64,000 nucleotides of DNA from Pseudomonas phage sp. 30-2. The DNA lies in the sequence record LC727697.1. One strand, given 5' to 3'. The notes beneath the pieces are model-generated. The model was not told where the DNA came from. It searched no databases and saw only the letters and a list, made by a program, of their open reading frames with translations. How positions within the stretch are numbered: position 1 is the first letter of the stretch; the number at the start of each line of letters is the position of its first letter. The position numbers were made by a program, and so were the translations under genes. Positions 1 through 9,071 of the stretch are shown one piece after another.

Positions 1-727
1 AACTACTAGTATCGTCATTTAAAATGAATTCTATATTTTTTACATCAGTTTTATTACTTTTCCAGTCAGCTTCTAAATTACATATTATTTTAGATCGATA
101 CGACACATTAAAATAATCGTCTACATCGTAAATTAAACCAGGACCCGGTATATATTTTTTTATATCTGATAATGACAAATTACGTTTTAATATTGTCTCT
201 GTTGCTACAGATTCTGCAAAATCATCATTTAATAAAACAAATATACTTAGTAAATGAGGCAATATATCTCTGCTTGTTCCGCCGAACGAAAAACCCTTAA
301 TTGTGTTCCAGTAATCTAAAGAATTTAATTTGTTTTTATTAAGACATTTTATATTAATTGCTTTTGTATCTGGTATTAATTTTTTAAAATCAGAAATATT
401 AGAATTCCACATATTATTTTTTAATAAAATAAATCTAGTATACGGAAATTCTTTTTTAATATCTTCCCATTCTTGTGCCGATCTAAAACCATTTATGTCT
501 ATGAAAACAATTTTACATCTCGAAGCACAAAGTTTTGCTATTTCGTATTGAAAATGAGTAGATGTACGTACAAAAGCAGTAAAGAAATCTTTAGAATTAA
601 GTTCTTCTTCTATTTTATCGAACTCTACTATATCATCTACTTGTATAGTAGTTGTTATAAATCCTAAATTCGACAGTGTTGTTTCGTATAAAAGATCTTT
701 TTTTGTTTTTATAATTATACTATTCAT
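1..727 (-). CDS. hypothetical protein; 3' end lies beyond the window start (not in ORF track)
   Basis: Hand translation of the reverse complement from ATG at 725-727 gives MNSIIIKTKKDLLYETTLSNLGF... and runs stop-free to position 1. It starts 2 nt after the stop of ORF 730..1140, which is tight operon spacing. The plus-strand ORFs 330..551 and 473..667 are low-complexity and antisense to it. Confidence 0.45.
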   Translation of the reverse strand, partial: MNSIIIKTKKDLLYETTLSNLGFITTTIQVDDIVEFDKIEEELNSKDFFTAFVRTSTHFQYEIAKLCASRCKIVFIDINGFRSAQEWEDIKKEFPYTRFILLKNNMWNSNISDFKKLIPDTKAINIKCLNKNKLNSLDYWNTIKGFSFGGTSRDILPHLLSIFVLLNDDFAESVATETILKRNLSLSDIKKYIPGPGLIYDVDDYFNVSYRSKIICNLEADWKSNKTDVKNIEFILNDDTSS

Positions 728-729
728 GG

Positions 730-1140
730 TTATATTTTTAGTTTTTCTTTATCTCTGTCTATTAACAGAATATTTCTTTTTTCTTTTAATTTAGTTTTAC
801 CAAATTCTGTTAATTTATTAGTATACACTATTTTTGCCCTACATACAATAAAGGCAACAGACAACCCGTTATTCTTTAGGATGTCTGGTTTGTTTTCAAC
901 AGAATATGTTATATTTTTATTATTTTCTTTGTACGAAATAATCCATTCGTATAAATTAGTATTAGTATCAGAAAATTTAGTTGTTATTAAATTTTGTGCA
1001 GAATCTATTAAACACGAGAATATACAATAATTTTGATATCCATTTAATACACTATGCATATCTGTTTGTTCTGGTTTACAAGAAACAAACGTATTTAGAT
1101 ATTTTTTAGCGTCTGTATAATTTTTGAAAATCTTCATCAT
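730..1140 (-). CDS. hypothetical protein
   Basis: 136-aa ORF in a co-directional minus-strand array; no recognisable motif. Confidence 0.5.
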   Translation of the reverse strand: MMKIFKNYTDAKKYLNTFVSCKPEQTDMHSVLNGYQNYCIFSCLIDSAQNLITTKFSDTNTNLYEWIISYKENNKNITYSVENKPDILKNNGLSVAFIVCRAKIVYTNKLTEFGKTKLKEKRNILLIDRDKEKLKI

Positions 1141-1663
1141 TCATGAATACACTAGAACTTACTGATCCGTATAAATCTGCCAGTATCATATCTTCTTTGA
1201 GTTTATGTTTTAGGTAAAATGTTATTAATATAAATACCGGGTGAGACAGTTTAGATAAATCTATTTTAGTATTTTTAACATTATCTACATAAATAAATTT
1301 TCCATTATTATGTAAATATACACCGTTTTTATTTACAAAGATGTGTATAGTTTCGTCATCTTTTAAAGAATAAATAAAACCATCATTTGTTATTTTCCAA
1401 GTTGTGTCAAAGTGACCAATATTTCTAAAAATAGAGAATATACTTAAAGCACAATTAAAAAAATTTCCAGATGAACACGCTGCTAGTTCTGCAATAAACA
1501 AAATTATAAGCATAGTGACAAAATAAAAACACGCCGGCCACACATTTTGTTCTGAAAAAAGGAAATATATTACAGACGTAAGAATTAAAGGTATAACTAT
1601 AAACGTTGTTATAGAACTTTTTATATTTCTATCTAAAAAAGCAAACCTAACACAATGATTCAT
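1106..1663 (-). CDS. putative membrane protein
   Basis: 185-aa ORF with hydrophobic stretches (IVIPLILTSVIYFLF; LIILFIAELAACS). Its 3' end overlaps 730..1140, so the true start of that downstream gene may be later. Confidence 0.45.
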   Translation of the reverse strand: MNHCVRFAFLDRNIKSSITTFIVIPLILTSVIYFLFSEQNVWPACFYFVTMLIILFIAELAACSSGNFFNCALSIFSIFRNIGHFDTTWKITNDGFIYSLKDDETIHIFVNKNGVYLHNNGKFIYVDNVKNTKIDLSKLSHPVFILITFYLKHKLKEDMILADLYGSVSSSVFMNDEDFQKLYRR

Positions 1664-1706
1664 ACCGTATCTCCGGAAAGTAGCATCCTTGCTACTTTAT
1701 TGTGTA

Positions 1707-2861
1707 TTAAATATCACTGTACTTTTCGTTATACAGCCGCCGGAATTTTGCATTCCGTTTCAGTACAGTTGTCTCTGCATATTCTCGCCAACCATCTTTT
1801 TTGAATTTAATCAGATCGGCAATTTTAATTACCATACGCAAGCTAAGTTCTCGCAGATCATTCTGGTTATCGATAATATATTCTAGGATTTCTTCATCTT
1901 CTCCGTTATTAAATTCATATTTACTAAGCATCCCGTCGCGCACAACTTGTTTAATGCGAAGGATCTGGTCTCTCGTACTACTAATTTCCATGTCTAAATA
2001 ATGACACCGGGACATAATTGCTTCTAGGTGCCTTCCAATTCGGGACTTTGTATCCTCGAAGTTAAGGTTAGTAAGGAAAATTACACTACCTTCGAAATCG
2101 AATTTAGGTGGAATATCATTTTCTTTTAAAACGCGGGACTCACTAAGCCAGTAAATAGTTCTACGCTTAGTAGTATCTAATGCACCTTTAAGGAGATTTA
2201 GACTATCTTCGTCAAATAGTACGCGGTCGCAATCATCGAAAATAAGGATTTTACCTTTATCTTTAAATTCGTAAAGCTTTTGGTAAACACCAATTGCACT
2301 TGCAGCGCCCTTTACGATCTCAAACGGTTCTTTATTATCTTTAATTTTATCCAACAAGAAACACCTGTTTAGTGTTTCTTCTACGCCGAAGCTTTTTCCG
2401 ATTCCGGGAGGACCGGAGATGATCATAGAACGGATTTCGCCTGCCGCAGCAGCCTCTGTTAGTTCATTTACAATCTCAAAAGTCCGTTTGATACGATTCA
2501 TTGCATCGTTTTCGGATTCTAGTTGCTGGTATTGCTTTTCGTAGTCAATTTCTACTGCGGTGCCTTCATACACTGTACCGCGACTAGATGCAGGAACATT
2601 ATTATTATTTTCGCCCACAAAAGGACGTATAACATTAGGCAAATCTAAAACCTCTCCTTGTTCGTTCGAATACTGTACTGTTGCGTCATTACCGAGTGTA
2701 ACTCTACATTTATGTTGAGACCATTCCGGCAATGCACCTAATACGTTAATAACTCGTTTTCCCGACCCAGTAACTTTCACATCTTCGAGTAAAAGGAATG
2801 TGCCGTTTACTTGCTGGTTACGGTACATTCCGTTAGTGATAGTTACGTACATCTGACTCAT
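1707..2861 (-). CDS. AAA+ ATPase
   Basis: Walker A GPPGIGKS, Walker B ILIFDDCD and sensor-1-like FLTNLN, preceded by an N-terminal domain of about 150 aa. Confidence 0.8.
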   Translation of the reverse strand: MSQMYVTITNGMYRNQQVNGTFLLLEDVKVTGSGKRVINVLGALPEWSQHKCRVTLGNDATVQYSNEQGEVLDLPNVIRPFVGENNNNVPASSRGTVYEGTAVEIDYEKQYQQLESENDAMNRIKRTFEIVNELTEAAAAGEIRSMIISGPPGIGKSFGVEETLNRCFLLDKIKDNKEPFEIVKGAASAIGVYQKLYEFKDKGKILIFDDCDRVLFDEDSLNLLKGALDTTKRRTIYWLSESRVLKENDIPPKFDFEGSVIFLTNLNFEDTKSRIGRHLEAIMSRCHYLDMEISSTRDQILRIKQVVRDGMLSKYEFNNGEDEEILEYIIDNQNDLRELSLRMVIKIADLIKFKKDGWREYAETTVLKRNAKFRRLYNEKYSDI

Positions 2862-2963
2862 AAATGCTACTCCTAGCTATGTTTTTAAACATGCTACAAG
2901 TATAGTGCTATCCAACAAATGAGTCAACCTAGGGTTAACCTAGAGTTAGGTTGGTTAGCTGTC

Positions 2964-3161
2964 TTACGCAAGTTCTTGTGAACTTTTTTGTTTTGCAATA
3001 ATTCTTTCTTGTTTAGTTCCTACCGAAACAGGTCGAACTTCCCATAGTTCGCATGATTTAGCACTACAATTTTCTACTTGTTGGCGCCAACTACCGGTAG
3101 ACTCAGGATCATAAATGCATCCTTTGCAGAATTCATCAATGCATTTTCTTAGACCTGCCAT
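2964..3161 (-). CDS. small zinc-ribbon protein (possibly YacG-like)
   Basis: 65 aa with a CKGC...(16 aa)...CSAKSC...LWEV pattern resembling the C-x2-C...C-x3-C...L.xW zinc ribbon of the gyrase inhibitor YacG. The segment is visibly GC-richer than its surroundings. Confidence 0.4.
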   Translation of the reverse strand: MAGLRKCIDEFCKGCIYDPESTGSWRQQVENCSAKSCELWEVRPVSVGTKQERIIAKQKSSQELA

Positions 3162-3163
3162 TT

Positions 3164-3373
3164 TTAGCTCCTCGTTTGTATCAGTTTATTAATAAGCAAA
3201 TAAGATAGTAAACTTATTATCCATACTATAGCAATTGTTATAACTAATGTAATAAAGAACGATGCAGGAAGAAACAAAATAACACAGGGAAGCAATGCAA
3301 ATAAAAATGCCTGTACCTTTACTAGTGTTTGTAAGTCTGATAATATTAATAGTAATATATAACGAATTTTCAT
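3164..3373 (-). CDS. small hydrophobic membrane protein
   Basis: 69 aa that are almost entirely hydrophobic; overlaps the neighbouring genes' start and stop by 4 nt. Confidence 0.4.
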   Translation of the reverse strand: MKIRYILLLILSDLQTLVKVQAFLFALLPCVILFLPASFFITLVITIAIVWIISLLSYLLINKLIQTRS

Positions 3374-3588
3374 AAAAAGTTTTCCGGTACTAAATGTATT
3401 TCCATTACCCTTACATTACTATCGCCAAACTTTTTCTTACAAGATTCTAATATAGATGATATTTTAGAAATATCATATTCTACAACCGGAGAATCCTGAT
3501 AATTTATCCATGTGCATGATTTCCAATTATTATCTGTAACTACGACAATATAACATTTAGACGGAGATATTTTAGATATAGCATTCAT
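3370..3588 (-). CDS. hypothetical small protein (tandem paralog A)
   Basis: 72 aa sharing Y.IVV...W...VDN...W.D..I.I.E..IVPE..L with the adjacent ORF. Confidence 0.5.
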   Translation of the reverse strand: MNAISKISPSKCYIVVVTDNNWKSCTWINYQDSPVVEYDISKISSILESCKKKFGDSNVRVMEIHLVPENFL

Positions 3589-3806
3589 AACACCTTCTCC
3601 GGGACAATATATACTTCTGCTATTTTTATTTCAGCATCCGGCCATTCGTTTTTACAATTGTCAAATTCATCATTTAAAACTACCGGATTGTCTACCAACA
3701 TATATTGATCGTCTAGCGATACCCAGCTAAATCTAGTATCGCCTGGATGACGCACAACTATGCAATATCCTTTAATGGGCGGAAGTTCTTTAATTACGTT
3801 TACCAT
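3585..3806 (-). CDS. hypothetical small protein (tandem paralog B)
   Basis: 73 aa, paralogous to 3370..3588; the two genes overlap by 4 nt. Confidence 0.5.
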   Translation of the reverse strand: MVNVIKELPPIKGYCIVVRHPGDTRFSWVSLDDQYMLVDNPVVLNDEFDNCKNEWPDAEIKIAEVYIVPEKVL

Positions 3807-3987
3807 AAATTACGTGCATGATTAATGATGTTTTTATTACTATACACTATTTTTAATAAAATACTATTTTGTTTCATACAGGAAACAGGTGTGCTTTTTA
3901 TATATATGCCTATTTTTGTCGTTTTATACATAAAATAAGTCAAAATTTTGAATAGTATAATTCTATTAAAATAGCTTGTGTCATAAA

Positions 3988-4017
3988 TTGCAAACATTAT
4001 AAAATTATATTATAAAT
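3988..4017 (+). promoter_or_regulatory. sigma70-like promoter candidate (TTGCAA-17-TATAAAT)
   Basis: -35 and -10 hexamers with a 17-nt spacer, inside an AT-rich intergenic region. Confidence 0.3.
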
Positions 4018-4483
4018 CTTGAATAACATATAATAAAACAGATGAAAGAATTATATTCTTTCATCATTTGAGTATGACACAGAAAACTAATTATAATGGA
4101 ATTCTTCTAAAGCACATAATAACTAATTAGTTTTATATACGGCAAGTATCAATGCATAATAATATAGGTAGTGTCGATTCAATACAAAACATAGTTTGAT
4201 GTATATTCTCTATATAATTTGGTTTGTTATTACACTATAGCGTATATAACTGTATACATTAATAATCGATTATGCAGATTAATGAAACTAAAAAATATAG
4301 ACACAAATATTATGTGTCTCAATTTATCATATTTGCTATATCCCGAGACGTATTAAATATAAAGAAAAATAACCATTTATTGACAAATGTAATTAGTAAA
4401 TGTATTTCTATAAAATATAGTTATCGTACAGATATTATTAATTATAATCTGAATATCTAAAACCGAATACCATATAATCAAAT

Positions 4484-4509
4484 AAAAACCCTACATTTGT
4501 AGGGTTTTT
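4484..4509. terminator. palindromic rho-independent terminator
   Basis: AAAAACCCTACAtttgTAGGGTTTTT: a perfect 7-bp GC-containing stem flanked by an A-tract and a T-tract, so it could act in both directions. Confidence 0.6.
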
Positions 4510-4562
4510 AATGACTTTAAGATTATAAAAGAAATAGACAAAATAGTTTTATATGAAATTGT

Positions 4563-4647
4563 TTAAATTAAAATTACAAAATGATATTGTTTAATATATT
4601 TCCATTTTAAATCACGAAATAGTATTTTAAATTAAAATCACAAAATG
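4563..4647. repeat. AT-rich direct repeats (22-mer twice, 63 bp apart)
   Basis: TTAAATTAAAATTACAAAATGA at 4563-4584 and TTAAATTAAAATCACAAAATGA at 4626-4647, plus related TTTTAAATCACGAAAT. Confidence 0.5.
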
Positions 4648-4764
4648 ACATTTAAAAATAATATTTAAAATTATATTTTATAGATTGATTTTCAAAAACA
4701 CATTTCAAAATATAAAATTGAAAATACAAATTGCAATTTTAAACAGCGAAGCAAGCTTCACTGG

Positions 4765-4818
4765 TAGTTATTAAGTATATTCGTTTTCGTAAACTACAAC
4801 TCATATACTTAATAACTA
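4765..4818. repeat. perfect 16-bp inverted repeat (stem-loop, 22-nt loop)
   Basis: TAGTTATTAAGTATAT at 4765-4780 and its exact reverse complement ATATACTTAATAACTA at 4803-4818. Confidence 0.55.
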
Positions 4819-4859
4819 ATTAAACGAATTTTATATATTAATTATTAATGCTTTTGATC

Positions 4860-5555
4860 TTATGATATTCGGGCGGAGAAGATTTCCTCCCCGTTTGGGA
4901 AGGAAATCGTAATAACAGAAACGTATGTTTCGGTATGGTACGAAGTTTAGTGTACGTTGGGAAGTGCAATCCCTGAGGCGGGCACCGATAGGTAATTCCT
5001 CATTGTAAACGCATCCTCTTACTCATATATACAGTTGCTACTAATGCTTACTGTCTCGCATCACTGCATATACTTTCAATGCCGGAATAAACTATAGCCA
5101 CACTAACAAAAACTATAGTCTATTGATGTTGGTGTTTCAACTTTCAGCCATACGGAATCTATACTGAAAGATTTATAGAAACTCTGTTTCAACCAGAGCA
5201 TCATCCTTTCCGTGTAGTAGTTGAGGCATATATTCTATGCCGTGGTTAGACCAACATCCTACACAAGTTTCGAGATTATATGCGGTTCTTACTAAGTCCT
5301 TTTAGTAAGTACAATCTCTGTGGCACCCAAAATCATAATTTAAATAACTGTTAAAACGTTAACCCGACACTATCGGAACTACAATAACAGCACGATGGGG
5401 ATAGTTTCTACTATCAATATCCAATAACGGAACAGAGCCACTTGTCTGTATATACATATAGCACTATCGTATATACATTTCTTACGCAAGCGCACAGTTT
5501 ACTAAAAGACAATACCAATGTCAAGTGCCTAATTACCACATTTTGTTACCAAACA
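4860..5555. other. ORF-free, GC-richer segment; candidate structured non-coding RNA. The full ORF-free span (no ORF >=60 aa on either strand) is 4510-5613; this call is the GC-richer core.
   Basis: Visibly higher GC than the flanks, with several local hairpins, for example CTTACTAAgtccttTTAGTAAG and CTTTCAG...CTGAAAG. No canonical tRNA features (no GTTCGAATC T-loop, no AGCTCAGT D-loop). Confidence 0.3.
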
Positions 5556-5558
5556 CAG

Positions 5559-5587
5559 TTGACTATTGAATATACATATTTTATAGT
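5559..5587 (+). promoter_or_regulatory. near-consensus sigma70-type promoter (TTGACT-17-TATAGT)
   Basis: -35 TTGACT at 5559-5564, 17-nt spacer, -10 TATAGT at 5582-5587, 26 nt upstream of the ATG at 5614. Confidence 0.5.
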
Positions 5588-5613
5588 ATGGTAAAAATTT
5601 TTACGGTATACGT

Positions 5614-6507
5614 ATGGATATTAGCTATATTAAAGCTTTAGGCGAATTAGAATATTTTATTAAATTTAGAAAAAATAAAGAAATAACAATTGCTAATAAT
5701 TCAGCTAAAGATGCACTAATTGCAGTCTGTAATTCTATTGACGTTGAATATATACCGTTCAATGCTACTGTATTGAATGTTCTTATGGAAATTAAAAGTC
5801 CAAAATTAATAAACTTTATATCAAGTAATTATTCATCTTCTATTAGTGAATATAACAGATCTATAAGTAAAGAAGATTTATATCTTGTCAGGCAATGTAT
5901 TGGAAAATTTTCAAATTCAATGTTTCCTATGAAAGTTCCTATAACATGTCATAAATTATTTTATGTTGTTTTAAAGAATTTAAAACCGAGAAAAGCATTA
6001 TCTAAAGATATAATAACGCAATTGTGTACCATACAATCTTTACCTGATTTAAACATAGTAAGACTTATTTTAAAAGAATTAAAACGACATAACGTTTTGT
6101 TGAATAAAAGAGTATTTAATTTTTTTTGTAGTAAAAGATATTCTGTTTTTGAAGAATATGTAAAATTTGTAGGGTTTGATACTATTTCTAAAAATAAACA
6201 ATATCACTGGTTTCTTTTTGAAAGGATGTCTTCGCTATTCTATATGCATAAAGCAAATGGTCAGACAATGTCTACTGATAGTTGTATTAAATTTCTTAAA
6301 AATATAGATTGGTCTTATATAGCAGGACGACATATATTGACTATATTTTCGAGGAATGTGTTGCATAGTAATTCTATAAAATATTTAGATCATATAAATC
6401 TCGATTTTTTGCCGTATTCGTACTGGAACAAACTTATAAAGATCTTCCCTCATTTGGCTGGGTCAGAACAACATGTACTAGCAAAACTTAAAGGTCCCCG
6501 AAACTAA
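5614..6507 (+). CDS. hypothetical protein (operon gene 1)
   Basis: 297-aa ORF with no recognisable motif. Its stop overlaps the next gene's ATG (TAATGA). Confidence 0.65.
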   Translation: MDISYIKALGELEYFIKFRKNKEITIANNSAKDALIAVCNSIDVEYIPFNATVLNVLMEIKSPKLINFISSNYSSSISEYNRSISKEDLYLVRQCIGKFSNSMFPMKVPITCHKLFYVVLKNLKPRKALSKDIITQLCTIQSLPDLNIVRLILKELKRHNVLLNKRVFNFFCSKRYSVFEEYVKFVGFDTISKNKQYHWFLFERMSSLFYMHKANGQTMSTDSCIKFLKNIDWSYIAGRHILTIFSRNVLHSNSIKYLDHINLDFLPYSYWNKLIKIFPHLAGSEQHVLAKLKGPRN

Positions 6508-7466
6508 TGAAAAAATCAGTATCACACATGTTATCACAAATTGACTGGAATTCGGTAGAACGAAACGATATAGAATATATATTAGAAAGTTCTATTAGAT
6601 ATGACATACCGTTAGAACATTCATCAGATGCACACTATGCATTATCATCGTTTTTTAACAATGATAATTTATCTACTAGTCTTTATGCATTTAAGAATAG
6701 TACACAGTTTGATGGGTTATGCAGAGCATTGCATGAATTTCTTATAAAAGACATTACTATTTTGTTTAATGAAAAAATAATTAATGAGTTTAAATCTAAA
6801 TTCAACAGTAAACCTATTGTAAATAATGTGGCAGCTAGGTACAGTGACTGTATTCCATTGATGCTGTGTTTAAATAAAATAGATGTGTCTGATTTACATA
6901 ATTTAAAAACATATAAAAATTATGATAAATTATATGCCAGTGTAATAGATAAACATATTAAACGTCTGTGTAGTATGGCAAATCTCGTATTTACTTATAA
7001 TTCATTTTCGTATTATTACCATTTGCCGCCAGCAATTAAACATACAGTATCTGACTTTAATAAGTCTAATAAATTGTGTCCTAAATATGCTTTAGATACA
7101 GTAAACGATCTTAAGCAAATATTTACTTTAGATACAATAAAAAACGATATAATAAAAAATAAGTACATTTCTAAATCTGATGTATACAATATTGTTAACT
7201 TTTTTGAAATTAACGAAAACGATATATCGGATGAACTTTCTTCTAAAGAATTTGTACACGGCACTCCGTTTACAGGTGCTAACTTAGTAGCATTTGCTAA
7301 GAAATATACGACAACCTTTAAGCCTATAGTACCTAAGCATCTCGAAAAATTAACAAAAACTAGTTGGTCAGAAATGTTTAAGATGTATCCTGAATTAAAA
7401 AATAACGAAGAATATTTTATGTATATTTTATCTACAGGCAAAGGAAAAAGAAAAACAAATGAATAA
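6507..7466 (+). CDS. hypothetical protein (operon gene 2)
   Basis: 319-aa ORF, translationally coupled on both sides. Confidence 0.65.
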   Translation: MKKSVSHMLSQIDWNSVERNDIEYILESSIRYDIPLEHSSDAHYALSSFFNNDNLSTSLYAFKNSTQFDGLCRALHEFLIKDITILFNEKIINEFKSKFNSKPIVNNVAARYSDCIPLMLCLNKIDVSDLHNLKTYKNYDKLYASVIDKHIKRLCSMANLVFTYNSFSYYYHLPPAIKHTVSDFNKSNKLCPKYALDTVNDLKQIFTLDTIKNDIIKNKYISKSDVYNIVNFFEINENDISDELSSKEFVHGTPFTGANLVAFAKKYTTTFKPIVPKHLEKLTKTSWSEMFKMYPELKNNEEYFMYILSTGKGKRKTNE

Positions 7467-8205
7467 CAAAATTTATATAGAAAAAGAAGATTTGAAAGAA
7501 ATCTTATTAAATACGTATAATTGCAAAAAACATAACATCGTAAAACTAATAGAGAATAATTATTCTAATGACGACGAACTACTGTATCATGCTGCTGTAG
7601 ATGCATCTACAGCAGCAAAAACTAGATTAGTTTCTAAAATGTCAGACAAGTTTGTTGCTAGACATATACACACATTCGGCGATAGTATTCCAAACGAGCG
7701 GTTAAAAACTATTGTTAGTATTCACCCTAAAGTGTTAATGAAGTATATACAAGTCTGGCATAATACTCCATACTATCGTGTAATTTATTATAATTCTAAA
7801 GACTGTATAAAACGTATGGCAAAAATATTAACAGATTTAGATTTAAACTCAATAGTATATAATACACCTATTCCTGAACAATTATTTAAAATTTCGTTTA
7901 GAACAAAATTTATTGAATTTGTAGCAAATAACAATATAGATAACATTAAACCTTGCCTTGTAATTTCTGAAATATGTAATAATAAATTGCCTAAATCTAG
8001 GGAAACTGAAACATTATTGAATAAAATACAATTAACTGGCACTGATGCTATTAGATTAATGAAAGTTGATCCCGAATATTACCATATAGCAGATAAAAAT
8101 AAAACAATGCCTATGAGTTTTCATAAAAAAGTAAAGCAATTATTTCCAAATTACTATGACGAATTAGCACATTGTATGTCAATTTTGGTAAGAAAAGGTA
8201 AGTAA
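7459..8205 (+). CDS. hypothetical protein (operon gene 3)
   Basis: 248-aa ORF overlapping the previous gene by 8 nt (ATGAATAA), followed by a terminator. Confidence 0.65.
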   Translation: MNNKIYIEKEDLKEILLNTYNCKKHNIVKLIENNYSNDDELLYHAAVDASTAAKTRLVSKMSDKFVARHIHTFGDSIPNERLKTIVSIHPKVLMKYIQVWHNTPYYRVIYYNSKDCIKRMAKILTDLDLNSIVYNTPIPEQLFKISFRTKFIEFVANNNIDNIKPCLVISEICNNKLPKSRETETLLNKIQLTGTDAIRLMKVDPEYYHIADKNKTMPMSFHKKVKQLFPNYYDELAHCMSILVRKGK

Positions 8206-8210
8206 TGCTA

Positions 8211-8233
8211 AAGGGGAATTTAATTCCCCTTTT
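8211..8233. terminator. palindromic rho-independent terminator
   Basis: AAGGGGAATTTAATTCCCCTTTT. Confidence 0.6.
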
Positions 8234-8276
8234 AATTTATATATAAGATAAATATCCATATTAAGGACTATTTTTT

Positions 8277-8702
8277 ATGCACTTATTTGAACTATTCGAT
8301 CAGATTGAAAAATATCAGTATACCAACATTAATGGAACCGTTAATGCATATTTTATTGTTGGTAATATGAAATATAGAGTCATAGAAACTATGGTTAATG
8401 GAAGACTATTAATATCGTTTACTGCAAAGGAAGTCGATGTTGACGATTATTATTATGATACTACTGTTACCGGAACTGGCAATGAATTTAAAGTATTCTC
8501 TACTATATTAGATATTACCAAACGTGCTATTTCTGAATTAAAACCTAACCAAATATATTTTACTGCCGATCTATCCGAGCCATCTAGAGTTAAATTATAC
8601 AATAGACTCGCAACAAAAATGGCTACTCAATATGGTTACACAATACAGTCAAACAAAAATACCAATAATGAACATACTTACCTTCTGACAAAGACTAGTT
8701 AA
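8277..8702 (+). CDS. hypothetical protein
   Basis: 141-aa ORF. Confidence 0.55.
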   Translation: MHLFELFDQIEKYQYTNINGTVNAYFIVGNMKYRVIETMVNGRLLISFTAKEVDVDDYYYDTTVTGTGNEFKVFSTILDITKRAISELKPNQIYFTADLSEPSRVKLYNRLATKMATQYGYTIQSNKNTNNEHTYLLTKTS

Positions 8703-8822
8703 AAATATATTGACAACGGTAATATGCTGTTATATAATATGCACACTAGCTAGGGAAGGCGTTGTTTCCCTTCTTAGGAAATATATACGTAGATAAATAC
8801 TTTAATAAAAGGAGAAACGTAT

Positions 8823-9071
8823 ATGATTTCTGTCACACGGGAATATAGATTAACAGAAGACGAATTTTATTCATTAAAAGGCACTACTCTATATTCTAAT
8901 TTACTTTATAACAAATATGTAGTTCATATTTCTAAGGATGAAGTAGAAAAACTCATTGCAGTTATTAGTACCAATATAAAATATCCTTGGTATATAAAAA
9001 TACAAGATGGTAGATCTACTGTATACTTTTCACAATATGTAGACCCAGGAATATTAAGTGGATTTTGTTAA
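8823..9071 (+). CDS. hypothetical protein
   Basis: 82-aa ORF preceded by AAAGGAGAAACGTAT-ATG, a strong Shine-Dalgarno site. Confidence 0.55.
   Translation: MISVTREYRLTEDEFYSLKGTTLYSNLLYNKYVVHISKDEVEKLIAVISTNIKYPWYIKIQDGRSTVYFSQYVDPGILSGFC

Noticed and set aside
330-667. Plus-strand ORFs 330..551 and 473..667
   Set aside because: They are low-complexity translations (Phe/Ile/Leu/Tyr-rich) antisense to a clean minus-strand gene that continues the minus-strand operon.
4272-4460. 62-aa plus-strand ORF in the AT-rich intergenic region
   Set aside because: Asn/Ile/Lys-rich translation of AT-rich DNA with no ribosome-binding site; it sits among promoter-like and terminator elements.
4540-4760. 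CRISPR-like array in the AT-rich repeated region
   Set aside because: Only two near-identical 22-mers plus degenerate copies; there is no regular repeat-spacer periodicity and no cas genes.
4860-5600. tRNA gene cluster in the ORF-free region, as T4-like phages often carry tRNA arrays
   Set aside because: No GTTCGAATC-type T-loops, no AGCTCAGT/GGTAGAGC D-arm motifs and no convincing cloverleaf. The one 7-bp acceptor-like pairing found (GCATATA...TATATGC) spans only 58 nt without a T-arm.
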